Positions 63,423 to 64,000 of a stretch of DNA of 64,000 nt are shown piece by piece; position 1 is the first letter of the stretch, and every line of letters begins with the position of its first letter. Source of the DNA: Naegleria gruberi (taxonomy: Eukaryota); the NCBI GenBank assembly GCA_000004985.1, contig GG738901.1. One strand, written 5' to 3'. The notes under the pieces were generated by a model. It had not been told where the DNA came from and did no database searches. It saw nothing but the letters and a program-made list of their open reading frames with translations. The translations under genes were made by a program, and so were the position numbers.

Positions 63423-64000
63423 TTGGGTTTGGGTTTGGGTTTGGGTTTGGGTTTGGGTTTGGGTTTGGGTTTGGGTTTGGGTTTGGGTTTGGGTTTGGGT
63501 TTGGGTTTGGGTTTGGGTTTGGGTTTGGGTTTGGGTTTGGGTTTGGGTTTGGGTTTGGGTTTGGGTTTGGGTTTGGGTTTGGGTTTGGGTTTGGGTTTGG
63601 GTTTGGGTTTGGGTTTGGGTTTGGGTTTGGGTTTGGGTTTGGGTTTGGGTTTGGGTTTGGGTTTGGGTTTGGGTTTGGGGGGGGGTTTGGGTTTGGGTTT
63701 GGGTGGTTTGGGTTTGGGTTTGGGTTTGGGTTTGGGTTTGGGTTTGGGTTTGGGTTTGGGTTTGGGTTTGGGTTTGGGTTTGGGTTTGGGTTTGGGTTTG
63801 GGTTTGGGTTTGGGTTTGGGTTTGGGTTTGGGTTTGGGTTTGGGTTGGGTTTGGGTTTGGGTTTGGGTTTGGGTTTGGGTTTGGGTTTGGGTTTGGGTTT
63901 GGGCCCGGGTTTGGGTTTGGGTTTGGGTTTGGGTTTGGGTTTGGGTTTGGGTTTGGGTTTGGGTTTGGGTTTGGGTTGGGTTTGGGTTTGGGTTTGGGTC
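63423..64000 (+). repeat. Terminal telomeric repeat array (TTTGGG)n of about 96 units, with a few degenerate units, running to the window end
   Basis: Hexamer array with variant units near 63676, 63703, 63845 and 63901. This is consistent with a chromosome terminus. Confidence 0.9.

Overview
This window is eukaryotic nuclear DNA, not prokaryotic. It is AT-rich and uses the standard genetic code; TAA and TAG terminate long ORFs. Poly-Q, poly-N and His-rich tracts and the codon usage resemble dictyostelid or amoebozoan genomes. I am not certain of the species.

The first ~56 kb is gene-dense, with about 27 protein-coding genes. Many are split by short, AT-rich GT..AG introns of roughly 40-200 nt. 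I inferred these by joining adjacent ORFs across GTAAGT, GTATGT or GTAGGT donors and (A/T)AG acceptors while preserving frame and domain continuity. There are three Pol III tRNA genes. Two of them are identical tRNA-Thr(AGU) copies that carry their flanks with them.

Recognisable products:
- A partial TKL-type protein kinase C-terminus.
- Two SPRY-domain proteins, one with an F-box-like N-terminus.
- Gamma-glutamyl hydrolase.
- A five-exon Zn2Cys6 transcription factor.
- A synapsin-like ATP-grasp protein.
- A PQ-loop transporter.
- An F-box/LRR protein.
- A type-B carboxylesterase.
- A ~2,280-aa secreted or membrane adhesin-like protein with tandem Ig/cadherin-like repeats and a C-terminal vWA domain.
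- Myosin II heavy chain.
- A DUF4116-repeat protein.
- Sterol 24-C-methyltransferase.
- A paralogous gene pair sharing two motifs.
- An EF-hand protein with a YPQQ-rich tail.
- A RING/TRAF/BTB/pentapeptide/TLDc protein.

The last ~8 kb is a chromosome end. An ORF-poor AT-rich spacer leads into non-LTR (LINE-type) retrotransposon fragments: an RNase H plus CCHC tail with a poly-A, and a 5'-truncated reverse transcriptase. These are embedded between (TTTGGG)n telomeric arrays running to the window end. A 14-bp variant repeat sits at the proximal boundary. Three assembly gaps (N runs) fall in this region.

The most unusual things in the window are the telomere-associated LINE array and the synapsin-like ATP-grasp protein.
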